DNA of 64,000 nt from an uncultured beta proteobacterium (GTDB lineage Bacteria > Pseudomonadota > Gammaproteobacteria > Burkholderiales > SG8-39), in assembly GCA_963782655.1 (NCBI GenBank), contig CAWALA010000005.1, positions 163,587-227,586 on the forward strand. The letters run 5' to 3'. Position numbers and translations under genes: made by a program. Positions 23,301-31,975 of this stretch are shown here, one piece after another. Under the pieces are notes generated by a model that was not told the origin of the DNA, ran no database searches, and worked only from the letters and a program-made list of their open reading frames with translations. Numbering within the stretch: position 1 is the first letter of the stretch; the number at the start of each line of letters is the position of its first letter.

Positions 23301-24603
23301 TCAGTACGGGTTGGCAATCGGCAGCTCCTCGGCCGGGTAGAGCGAGATGACCTGCGCGCCCTTCGGCGTGAGGATCACTTCCTCCTCGATGCGCGCGGCG
23401 GAAATGCCGTCGGAGGCCGGGCAGTAGGTCTCCACCGCGAACACCATGCCGGCCTTGAGCTCGATCGGCTCGCGGAAGGAGTTGAGGCGCGAGATCAGCG
23501 GCCGCTCGTGCAGGCCCAGCCCGAGGCCGTGGCAGAAATTCAGGCCGAAGGCGTCCATCTCGCTGGCGAAGCCCGCTTCCTGCGCCTTGGGCAGCGCGGC
23601 GGCGATCTTGTCGGTGCTCATGCCGGGCTTGAGCAGATCGATCACCTTGTCCATCCACTCGCGCGCCTTGCGGTAGGCGGTGCGCTGCGGGCCGGTGGCG
23701 CGCCCGACGTTGAAGGTGCGGTAGTAGCAGGTGCGGTAGCCCATGTACGACTGGATGACGTCGAAGAACGCCTGGTCGCCCGGGCGGATGAGGCGATCGG
23801 TGAAGTTGTGCGGGTGCGGCGAGCAGCGCTCTCCCGAGATCGAGTTGATCGCCTCGACGCAGTCCGAGCCCATCTCGTAGAGCCGCTTGGTGGCGAGCGC
23901 CACGATCTCGGACTCCTTCACGCCCGGCTTCAGCGCCTCGGCGATGTCCTGGTAGACGCCGTCCACCATGGCCGAGGCCATGTTGAGCAGCATCAGCTCG
24001 TCCGATGTTCTTCACTTCGCGCGCCTGCAGCATCGCCTGCTGGCCGTCGCGCACCTCGATGCCTTCCTTCTGCAGCGCGAACATCATCGGCAGCTCGATC
24101 ATGTCCACGCCGAGCGGCATCTTCGCCACGCCTTCCGCCGCGAGGATGGACTTGATCTCCTTCGCGGCGTCGCGGAACAGCGTGAGGTCGGCGCCGACCG
24201 CGCCGCGCATGCCCGTCAGCCCGGCGCGGCAATGGTCCTGGTGCAGCCAGGGCGCGTGCAGCTTGTGGTGGCGCGCCGCCGAGCCGAAGTCCCAGATGTA
24301 CGGGTCGCCGTTGCCGGTGAGCAGCGAATAGCGCGTGAGCTTGTCGCGCGCCCACTCGCCGATCACGGTGCTGGTGGTGTAGCGGATGTTGTGCTGGTCG
24401 AAGCACAGCAGCGCGCCCAGGCCCGAGTTGGCGAGCGCCGCGCGCGTGCGCGCCAGGCGGTAGTCGTGCAGCCGCCGGAAATCGACCCGCTCCTCGAAAT
24501 CGACCTGGGTGTGGCCCGGCGCCTGCAGCGGCCGGCTCCAGTTGTGGTGCGGGTCGACGTCGTCCGGACGGATGCTCTTCGATTCGGGGCGCTTGCGAGC
24601 CAT
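23301..24603 (-). CDS. M24 family metallohydrolase (Xaa-Pro dipeptidase/creatinase-like); one frame switch near 24000
   Basis: N-terminal domain in ORF 23044..24603 (MARKRPESKSIRPDD...RLHDYRLARTRAALANSGLGALLCFDQHNIRYTTST). Catalytic pita-bread half in ORF 23301..23993 (GERCSPHPHNFTDRLIRPGDQAFFDVIQSYMGYRTCYYRTF...HGLGLGLHERP...GMVFAVETY). Confidence 0.8.
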
Positions 24604-24638
24604 GCTTCCTCCCGCGCGAAGTTTAATACAATCGCAAC

Positions 24639-26365
24639 ATGAAAAAGCGCCCGGAAGAACTGCGTTCGCACCGCTGGTACGGCGTGAAGGACCTGCGCTC
24701 CTTCGGCCACCGCTCGCGCACCGCGCAGATGGGCTACGACCGCAGCGACTACGCGGGCAAGCCGGTGATCGCGATCATCAACACCTGGTCGGACATCAAC
24801 CATTGCCACACGCACTTCCGCCAGCGCGCGGAGGAAGTGAAGCGCGGCGTGTGGCAGGCGGGCGGCTTCCCGCTGGAGATGCCGGCGATGGCGCTCGCCG
24901 AGACCATGCAGAAGCCCACCACCATGATGTACCGCAACTTCCTCGCCATGGAGACGGAGGAACTGCTGCGCTCCTACCCCGTCGACGGCTGCGTGCTGAT
25001 GGGCGGCTGCGACAAGACCACGCCGGCGCTCATCATGGGCGCGACCAGCATGAACCTGCCGGCGATCTACCTGCCGGCGGGGCCGATGCTGAACAGCCAC
25101 TGGCGCGACCAGACCCTGGGCTCGGGCTCCGACACCTGGAAGTACTGGGACGAGCTGCGCGCCGGACGCATCACGGAGCGCGACTGGCACGACATCGAGG
25201 ACACGATCGCGCGCTCGCCCGGCACCTGCATGACCATGGGCACCGCGGCCACCATGATGTCGCTCGCCGAGGCGCTCGGCTTCACCCTGCCCGGCTACTC
25301 GTCGATCCCCGCGCCGGACTCGAACCACGCGCGCATGGCCACGCTCACGGGAAAGCGCATCGTCGAGATGGTGTGGGAGGACCTGAAGCCGCGCGATTTT
25401 CTCTCGCGAGGGTCCTTCGACAACGCCATCACCACGCTGATGGCGATGGGCGGCTCGACCAACGCCATCGTGCACCTGGTGGCGATGGCTGGGCGCGCCG
25501 GCCTCGCCTTCCCGCTGGAGCGCTACAACGAGATCAGCGCAAAGACCCCGGTGATCGCCAACGTGCGGCCCTCCGGGAACAAGTACCTGATGGAAGATTT
25601 CTTCTATGCCGGCGGCCTGCGCGCGATGCTCTTCCAGCTGCGCGACCTGCTCGACCTCTCGGCGAAGACGGTGAACGGCAGGACGCTGGGCGAGAACATC
25701 GAAGGCGCGAAGGTGTGGAACGCCGACGTGATCCTGCCGCGCGACAAGCCGCTGAAGGCCTCCGGCGGCATTGTCATGCTGCGCGGCTCGCTCGCGCCCG
25801 ACGGCGCGGTGATCAAGACCAGCGCCGCGGATCCCAAGCTGATGCGGCACACCGGCCGTGCGGTGGTGTTCGAGGACTACAACGACATGGCGGCGAGAAT
25901 CGACCGCGACGACCTCGAGGTGGACGCGTCCTCGGTGCTGGTGCTGAAGAATGCAGGACCGCTCGGCGGCCCGGGCTTTCCCGAGTGGGGCATGCTCCCC
26001 ATGCCGAAGAAGCTGATCAAGCAGGGCGTGAAGGACATGGTGCGCCTGTCCGACGGACGCATGAGCGGCACCAGCTACGGCACCTGCATCCTGCATGTCG
26101 CGCCCGAAGCGTACGTCGGCGGACCGCTCGCCTTCGTGCAAGAACGGCGACCTGATCGAGCTCGATGTCGAGAAGAAGATCCTCAACCTGGAGATTTCAC
26201 GAGGCCGAGATGGCGAAGCGCAAGGCGGCCTGGAAGCGCGCGCCGCCCAAGTACGAGCGCAGCTACGGCGCCATCTTCTCGCGCCACGTGAAGCAGGCGA
26301 ACGAGGGTTGCGACTTCGATTTCCTCGAGGGCACCGCGCCCACCGCGGAGCCCGAGATCCACTAG
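24639..26365 (+). CDS. IlvD/Edd family dehydratase (sugar-acid dehydratase-like); two frame switches near 26140 and 26195
   Basis: ORF 24639..26291 gives [20 protein letters not shown]...[17 protein letters not shown]...[24 protein letters not shown]...[18 protein letters not shown]...[33 protein letters not shown]. Tail [19 protein letters not shown] / [42 protein letters not shown] lies in ORFs 26095..26499 and 26165..26365. Confidence 0.88.
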
Positions 26366-26375
26366 CGCGCCGCGG

Positions 26376-27530
26376 CTATCCCGCGGCGTCGGGATCGAGG
26401 CCGAGCGCCAGGCGCCCGGCAAGCTCGCGCTGCACGCCATCGGGCAGCGGATGGAAGCGCGCGCCCTGCGCGTCGCGGAACAGTCGCTCCAGGCCCTGAT
26501 CGCGGTAGAAGCCCGCGCCGCCCGCCACGTCCATCGCCAGGCTCGCCGTGGCGAGCACGGCGCGCGCAGCGAGCGCGCGGCCGGCCATGATGCGGCGCGT
26601 GGTTTCGAAGCCGGGATTGCCGGCCACCGCCGCCGCGATCATGTCCCCGACGGCGATGCGCGCGGCGTGCAGCTCGGTCTCCAGTGCGCCGACGTCCTGC
26701 ACCAGGTGTGCGCCGGACCGGCGCTTTCCGGCAATCTGCACGGCGCGCGTGCGCGCGGCCTCGGCGACACCGAGATACACCGAGTAGATCAGCGGAATCG
26801 CGATCAGCACGACTACGTGGTACAGCATGTGCCATTTGCCTTTCGGCCGGCGCAACGAAACCTGTGCGTCCGTGACAAAGAGGTCGCTGAGCAGAACGTC
26901 GTGGGACCCCGTGCCGCGCATGCCGAGCGCGCGCCAGGTCTCCGCGATGCTCACCCCCGGCGCCTTCATCGGCACGCCGAAGTGCAGCACCGTTGGCCCG
27001 GCCTGCGGGTCCTCGTACACCGCACTGGTCATCAGCAGGTCGCTTGCCGGTGCGCCGCTGGCGAAGGCCTTGCGCGCATTGATGCGGAAGCCGCCTTCGA
27101 CCTTGGTCGCGGTGCCCGAGCCGTGCAGCCAGTCCGAGCCGCCACTGGAGAGGAGCACGATGCGCTCCGCGGCAACTCGCTTGAGCAGGGCTTCCAGGGG
27201 CGCCTTCTGGTGGCGCCAGCGCCAGGCGGCTGCCGCGACCTGATGGGTGTGCATCGAGAAGGCGAGCGCGGTCGAACTGCAATGCCGCGCGAGCTCGCGC
27301 AGCATGGCGCCGAGCTCCTCGACGCCGGCCCCGCCTCCGCCCAACTCAGCGGGCACGCCCGCCTCGATCAGGCCGCCGGCGCGCAGGTCGCGGTAGTTGT
27401 CGGCGACGAACCGGTCGCCCTCGTCCGCTGCCGCGGCGCGCGCCGCGAACTTCGGTCCGAGCTCCGCAAGGGCGGTTCTCCACGTAGCCGGGGTGGCTTC
27501 TTCCTGCTGCAGCGCTGCAATCGATGGCAT
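26376..27530 (-). CDS. Acyl-CoA dehydrogenase family protein
   Basis: Lower part of ORF 26376..29246, starting at MPSIAALQQEEATP (ATG 27528-27530). GLIEAGVPAELGGGGAGVEELGAMLRELARHCSSTALAFSMH...SSGGSDW...WRALGMRGTGSHDVLLSDLFV...GGAGFYRDQGLERLFRDAQGARFHP. Confidence 0.82.
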   Translation of the reverse strand: MPSIAALQQEEATPATWRTALAELGPKFAARAAAADEGDRFVADNYRDLRAGGLIEAGVPAELGGGGAGVEELGAMLRELARHCSSTALAFSMHTHQVAAAAWRWRHQKAPLEALLKRVAAERIVLLSSGGSDWLHGSGTATKVEGGFRINARKAFASGAPASDLLMTSAVYEDPQAGPTVLHFGVPMKAPGVSIAETWRALGMRGTGSHDVLLSDLFVTDAQVSLRRPKGKWHMLYHVVVLIAIPLIYSVYLGVAEAARTRAVQIAGKRRSGAHLVQDVGALETELHAARIAVGDMIAAAVAGNPGFETTRRIMAGRALAARAVLATASLAMDVAGGAGFYRDQGLERLFRDAQGARFHPLPDGVQRELAGRLALGLDPDAAG

Positions 27531-27620
27531 GGTCGTTCTCCTGGCATAAGGTGTTGCGCGACGAGTGCTAGTATTCCCGGCTCCGCGTTGCCGCACTTGT
27601 CCGATTCGCCGGAGTTCTTG

Positions 27621-28595
27621 ATGGACGCTCTTTCCGACCTGCTGCAGGTAGTCAAGCTGAACGGCGCGCTGTTCCTCGACGTACGCTTTACTGCGCCCTG
27701 GTGCGCGGAATCGCGTCCCGCGCGCGAATCGGGGGGCGTCTTCGCTGGTGCGGAGCACATCGTCTTCTTCCACGTCCTCACGCATGGCCGCTGCCGGGTG
27801 CGGCTGTTGGACGGCGGCGAGACGATGAACGTCGAGGCTGGCGACCTCCTGCTGCTCGCGCACGATGATGCCCATCTCCTCGGCAGCGACCTGCAACTCG
27901 CGCCCGTGGTGTCGCACACGATCGTGCGGCCGTCGCCGCCGGGCGGCATGCTCAGCATCGACCACGGCGGCGGCGGCGAGGAAACGCGCTTCATGTGCGG
28001 CTTCCTCGCCTGCGACCCGCAATTGTGCCGCCCGATGCTCGACGCGCTGCCGCGCATGCTGCGCGTGCCGCTCGGCGACGGCGCCGGCGCTCAATGGCTG
28101 ATCGGCATGCTGCGGCACGGCGCGGAGCTGAGCACCGACCCGGGGCCCGGCTCGGGCACCATGCTGGCGAAGCTCGCCGAACTCCTGTTCGTGGAGGCGA
28201 TGCGCCGCTACATCGCCTCGTTGCCGGAGGGCGAAGTAGGCTGGCTCGCCGGCCTGCGCGACCGCCACGTCGGCCGCGCGCTCGCCGCCCTGCACGAGCG
28301 ACCGACGCACGACTGGTCGGTCGAGGAGCTTGCCGTGCACACGGGGTTGTCGCGCTCCGCGCTGGCGCAGCGCTTCAGCGACCTGATCGGGCAGCCGCCA
28401 ATGCAGTACTTGACGCGTTGGCGCCTGCGGCGCGCAGCCGCCGCCCTCAAGCTCAGCCGGCGCACAGTGCTCGCGATCGCGGAAGAGTACGGCTACGAGT
28501 CGGAATCCTCGTTCAACCGCGCCTTCAAGCGCGAGCTCGGCATGCCGCCCGCCGCCTGGCGGCGCAAGGGCGCCCGCGCCGCGAATGCGGCATGA
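27621..28595 (+). CDS. AraC family transcriptional regulator (cupin-type N-terminal domain)
   Basis: MDALSDLLQVVKLNGALFLDVRFTAPW...FFHVLTHGRCRV. C-terminal HTH: WSVEELAVHTGLSRSALAQRFSDLIGQPPMQYLTRWRLRRAAAALK...IAEEYGYESESSFNRAFKRELGMPPAAWRR. Divergent from the acyl-CoA dehydrogenase gene. Confidence 0.88.
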   Translation: MDALSDLLQVVKLNGALFLDVRFTAPWCAESRPARESGGVFAGAEHIVFFHVLTHGRCRVRLLDGGETMNVEAGDLLLLAHDDAHLLGSDLQLAPVVSHTIVRPSPPGGMLSIDHGGGGEETRFMCGFLACDPQLCRPMLDALPRMLRVPLGDGAGAQWLIGMLRHGAELSTDPGPGSGTMLAKLAELLFVEAMRRYIASLPEGEVGWLAGLRDRHVGRALAALHERPTHDWSVEELAVHTGLSRSALAQRFSDLIGQPPMQYLTRWRLRRAAAALKLSRRTVLAIAEEYGYESESSFNRAFKRELGMPPAAWRRKGARAANAA

Positions 28596-28610
28596 GCGTC
28601 GCGCCAGCGC

Positions 28611-29615
28611 ATGCCTAAGGCGGCCTTCGTCACCGGCGCCACCGGTTTCGTCGGCCTGAACGTGGTCGAAGAACTCCTCGCGCAAGGCTGGCGCGTGATC
28701 GCCCTGCACCGCGCGGATTCGGAATTGAAATACCTGCGGCGCATGGACGCCGAACGGGCCATCGGCGACATCACCGACGCCGATTCCGTGCGGCGTGCCA
28801 TGCCGCAGGGCGTCGACGCCGTGTTCCATGTCGCCGGCGACACGAATCTTTGGTCGAGGCGAAACGCGGCGCAGGACCGGATCAACATCGAGGGCACGCG
28901 GAACGTGGTGGATGCGGCGCTCGAGCGGCGCGCGCGGCGTTTCGTGCACACCTCGAGCATCTCCGCCTACGGCCTGCAGCGGGGGCGGCTCGACGAGGGC
29001 ACGCCGCAGCTCGGCAAGTACTCCAGCGTGAACTACAACCGCTCGAAGCACGTCGCGGAGGAAGCCGTGCGCGCCGGCATGGCGCGCGGGCTGGATGCCG
29101 TGATCCTCAATCCGGGCGCCATCCTGGGCCCGTACGACACGCGCAATTACGCCCGCCTGGTGATGCTGGTGGCCGCGGGAAAGCTCCCGGGCGTGCCACC
29201 CGGTGCGCTGCCCTTCTGCCACGTGCGCGAAGTGGCCAGGGCGCATGTCGCCGCATTCGAGAAGGGCCGCAAGGGAGAGAACTACCTGCTCGGCGGCACC
29301 GACGCGAGCTTCGTCGCGCTCCTGCGCGAGATCGGCGCCGCGCTGGGCAAGCCGGTGCCGGCCCGGCCGACGCCGGCGTGGGTGCTGCGCCTGCTGGGCG
29401 CTCTGGGCTCGCTGGGCGGCGCCTTGACCGGAACCGAACCCACGCTGACGCCGGAAATGGCGCGGCAGGCCACACGCGAGTTGACCTGCGACTGCTCGAA
29501 GGCGATGCGCGAACTCGGCTACCGCGCCGTGCCGCTGCGCGAAATGGTCGGCGACTGCGTGCGCTGGCTCGCCGCCGAAGGGCTGCTGCCCGGATCCTTG
29601 CGCGCGCGCCGCTAG
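28611..29615 (+). CDS. NAD-dependent epimerase/dehydratase family (extended SDR) oxidoreductase
   Basis: Intact 334 aa. MPKAAFVTGATGFVGLNVVEELLAQGWRVIAL...VFHVAGDT...FVHTSSISAYG...YNRSKHVAEE. Rossmann GxxGxxG and YxxxK motifs. Confidence 0.82.
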   Translation: MPKAAFVTGATGFVGLNVVEELLAQGWRVIALHRADSELKYLRRMDAERAIGDITDADSVRRAMPQGVDAVFHVAGDTNLWSRRNAAQDRINIEGTRNVVDAALERRARRFVHTSSISAYGLQRGRLDEGTPQLGKYSSVNYNRSKHVAEEAVRAGMARGLDAVILNPGAILGPYDTRNYARLVMLVAAGKLPGVPPGALPFCHVREVARAHVAAFEKGRKGENYLLGGTDASFVALLREIGAALGKPVPARPTPAWVLRLLGALGSLGGALTGTEPTLTPEMARQATRELTCDCSKAMRELGYRAVPLREMVGDCVRWLAAEGLLPGSLRARR

Positions 29616-30688
29616 CGACGGATCGTCGTCGTCGTCATCGTCTTCGGGCTCAGCAGGGTCGAGCTCGTAGACGTCGTGGTCACGGGCTGGAACGTGAACG
29701 TCGTGGTGGTGATCGACGGCGCCGACAACGTCGTCGTGGTAGAAGTCGTGCTTAACGTCGTGCTCTGCAAGTTCGAGGCGATGTTGTTCAGCGAGGTGGT
29801 GCCAAGCGACGTCTGGATCGGCGCCGCAGTGACCAGCATGCTCGACGGCACCGGCGCGACTTTGGGCTGGAAGGTTTGCGCAGGGTCGCTGACGAGTAAC
29901 GTCGACACGGCCGTCTTGGAAAGCGTGACGCTCTCAATCCGCAAGCTGTCCGGCGAAATGATCGCCGTAGAGATCTTGATGGGTTCCGGGAGCGGCTTGA
30001 ACTCCGTCGCCGGCAGGTTGGCCACCGGCAGCGCAACGAATGGCTGGCGCACCGCCGGCGCGGTCGCCTCGCCGGCCTTGGCGGGCGCGTCGTCCCGGCG
30101 CGGCGTCGGCAGGGCGATCTCGCCAATCTGGATAGTTCGCTCGATGAACTTCCCTCCAGTGACTCCCTGGACTGCTTCCTTGGTCAACGCAATGTCACCC
30201 AGGCGCGCCTCACCAACATTCAGCTTGACCAGCGTCGGCGCCTGCGGCGCGTCGGCGGTCTTCGGCAGCGTCTTGACTTCGATGTCGGCACTGCGCAGGT
30301 CGAACTTGCCGTCCGTCGTGTGCAGCTCCACGGGGCGCAGGCCTGGACGGCCGATCGCCTCGCCGCCGACCAGGCGGATGCGACCCTGGTCGAGAATCAC
30401 CACGTCGCGATCGAGCACGCGCTGGTCGAAGCGTACGCGCGAGCGCTCGCCGATGCCGCACGCGGTGTCCGCGCCGATCTTCACCTGCGCGTAGGAGTCC
30501 GGGCCGGTCTCGAGGCGCAGCCCCGGCGCCAGCCGGGTGCCCTTGGTGACGGGAACTCGCTGGCCCGCCTCGTCGACGCCGAAGCATTGCCCCATGCAGA
30601 AGAGGACGCGGGGCATCTCCTGGGCCGCTACGGGAAACGCGGCGATCGCCAGCAATGCGAGAGGGATCAGTGCGGTGGACTTGCGCAT
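29612..30688 (-). CDS. Secreted FecR-domain protein with Thr/Ser-rich C-terminal tail (paralogue B)
   Basis: ORF 29612..30712. Preferred ATG at 30686-30688 is preceded by TAGGAGG. MRKSTALIPLALLAIAAFPVAAQ signal peptide. FecR-like core (TKGTRLAPGLRLETGPDSYAQVKIGADTACGIGERSRVRF...VILDQGRIRLVGG). Tail ...STTLSTTSTTTTLSAPSITTTTFTFQPVTTTSTSSTLLSPKTMTTTTIRR. Confidence 0.7.
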   Translation of the reverse strand: MRKSTALIPLALLAIAAFPVAAQEMPRVLFCMGQCFGVDEAGQRVPVTKGTRLAPGLRLETGPDSYAQVKIGADTACGIGERSRVRFDQRVLDRDVVILDQGRIRLVGGEAIGRPGLRPVELHTTDGKFDLRSADIEVKTLPKTADAPQAPTLVKLNVGEARLGDIALTKEAVQGVTGGKFIERTIQIGEIALPTPRRDDAPAKAGEATAPAVRQPFVALPVANLPATEFKPLPEPIKISTAIISPDSLRIESVTLSKTAVSTLLVSDPAQTFQPKVAPVPSSMLVTAAPIQTSLGTTSLNNIASNLQSTTLSTTSTTTTLSAPSITTTTFTFQPVTTTSTSSTLLSPKTMTTTTIRR

Positions 30689-30718
30689 GGTAGGCCTCCT
30701 AGTGTCTTTCAATTTGCA

Positions 30719-31975
30719 TCAGCGCTTGATGATGGTGCTGGTGGCTGGCGCCGTCTGAATCGTGGTCGTGGGTGCAGTGAGCACCGGCGACACCGTCGTT
30801 GTCGTCGGTGCCGTCAGAACCGGTGAGATCGTCGTTGTCGGTGCGGTCAGGACCGGCGAAATCGTCGTGGTCGTCGGCGAGATGATCGTCGAGGTCGTCG
30901 GCGCAGTCAGTGTCGGCGAAATCGTCGTGGTCGTCGGCGAGATGATCGTCGAGGTCGTCGGCGCAGTCAGCGTCGGCGAGGCCGTGGTGGTCGCAGGCGA
31001 GATGATGGTCGAGGTCGTAGGCGCAGTCAGCGTCGGCGAGATCGTGGTTGTCGACGGCGAGATGATGGTCGAGGTCGTGGGCGCAGTCAGCGTCGGCGAA
31101 ACCTCCATCACACGGGGTGTGTCGATCGGGTTGAGCAGCGGGGCACCCTGGATTCTGGCGGGCGCCACGGTCTGCACCGGCGACGTTTCCCTCACGGCGG
31201 GCGCTTCCCGAGTGACGGCGGGTGCCGACCGCTTGGCGCCCTCGGCCTTGCCTTCGTCGCCGCGCGCCTGCGGGGTAGCCTGCGGCGCCGGCGTGGGCTT
31301 GCCGAAGATGCCGACGGGCGGCGCGACCAGCACCGGCGGCAAGTTGCTGGGCAGCGCGACGAACACCGTCTGCCCGGGATTGACCACGACCGACGCGCCA
31401 GCGCGGTTCTGGACCGAGATGGTGCCGTCGTAGACACGGTTGTAGGTGCCGGCAGCCGCGTCGGCCACGGGCTGCAGGACGTGAACCACCTCGAAGTGGG
31501 TTCCGCGCACCCCGATCGTCATCGCGCTGGTCGAGACGCGGTAGTTCTGGCGGTTGGTCCGGGCGATCAGGCCGGTGAGCACACGGAAGCCGCCTTTGAT
31601 GATCGACACGGCAAAGCTGCTGTCGCGGTCTTCGGGTGTCGTGAAGCGATAGGAGTCGAGCTTCAGTTGCGTATCGGCCCGCACCGAAACCGCGCCACCG
31701 TCGCTCATCCTGAGCTGGGCCAGGCTGTCCGCGCCCGTGACGATGGAATCGCCTTGCCGGATCTCGCCGTTGCGCACCGCGATGCGAGTGACGCCGTCGC
31801 TGCCGAGAACCTTCACGTCGCCGGTCACCGCGATGAAGCGGCCTGCCGCCGCGTTGCCCTGCGCCGCGACCGGCGTCGCGACGGCGGCCAGCAGTACCGC
31901 CAAGGCGAGCAGCAGGCGCGCGCCGATGGTCACGCCGCTATCCATGGTTTGCGCCCCCGTGCTGCCTGTCGTCAT
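30719..31975 (-). CDS. Secreted FecR-domain protein with tandem Thr-rich 20-aa repeats (paralogue A)
   Basis: ORF 30719..32077. The ATG at 31973-31975 overlaps the stop of the upstream barrel gene (ATGA). Signal peptide GARLLLALAVLLAAVATPVAAQG. FecR domain (FIAVTGDVKVLGSDGVTRIAVRNGEIRQGDSIVTGADSLAQLRMSDGGAVSVRADTQLKL...FAVSIIKGGFRVLTG...MTIGVRGTHFEV). Then a Pro/Ala linker and repeats SPTLTAPTTSTIISPxTTTI, ending TSTIIKR. Confidence 0.75.
   Translation of the reverse strand: MTTGSTGAQTMDSGVTIGARLLLALAVLLAAVATPVAAQGNAAAGRFIAVTGDVKVLGSDGVTRIAVRNGEIRQGDSIVTGADSLAQLRMSDGGAVSVRADTQLKLDSYRFTTPEDRDSSFAVSIIKGGFRVLTGLIARTNRQNYRVSTSAMTIGVRGTHFEVVHVLQPVADAAAGTYNRVYDGTISVQNRAGASVVVNPGQTVFVALPSNLPPVLVAPPVGIFGKPTPAPQATPQARGDEGKAEGAKRSAPAVTREAPAVRETSPVQTVAPARIQGAPLLNPIDTPRVMEVSPTLTAPTTSTIISPSTTTISPTLTAPTTSTIISPATTTASPTLTAPTTSTIISPTTTTISPTLTAPTTSTIISPTTTTISPVLTAPTTTISPVLTAPTTTTVSPVLTAPTTTIQTAPATSTIIKR
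30760..31100 (-). repeat. In-frame 60-bp tandem repeat array (about 4.4 copies plus shorter 27-30 bp relatives) inside FecR paralogue A
   Basis: Sequence lines starting at 30841, 30901, 30961, 31021 and 31081 align with a 60-bp period. 30850-30900 and 30910-30960 are nearly identical (…ggcgaaatcgtcgtggtcgtcggcgagatgatcgtcgaggtcgtcggcgcagtcag). The array encodes SPTLTAPTTSTIISPTTTTI units. Confidence 0.9.

Noticed and set aside
23301-24603. Specific assignment of the M24 enzyme as DMSP lyase DddP, creatinase or ectoine hydrolase DoeA
   Set aside because: Only the general M24 two-domain architecture and metal-ligand regions are recognisable from sequence alone. I see no diagnostic residues or pathway partners (doeBCD, creatine or DMSP genes).
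24363-26186. 607-aa minus-strand ORF. Similar cases are 38624..40639 (671 aa), 44867..46153 (428 aa) and 1688..3526 (612 aa)
   Set aside because: All are antisense shadows of well-supported genes (IlvD/Edd dehydratase, TRAP permease, RTX protein, murB/murC). Their compositions are biased and they carry no motifs.
27531-29246. Upstream 570 codons of the 956-aa minus-strand ORF 26376..29246
   Set aside because: Only the last 384 codons (from MPSIAALQ at 27530) look like a protein, an acyl-CoA dehydrogenase. The extension is antisense to the AraC and SDR genes and is low complexity.
30760-31100. Regular 60-bp periodic repeats as a possible CRISPR array
   Set aside because: There are no unique spacers because the units abut directly. 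The array is in frame within a long ORF, encodes a coherent Thr-rich peptide repeat, and has no cas genes nearby.
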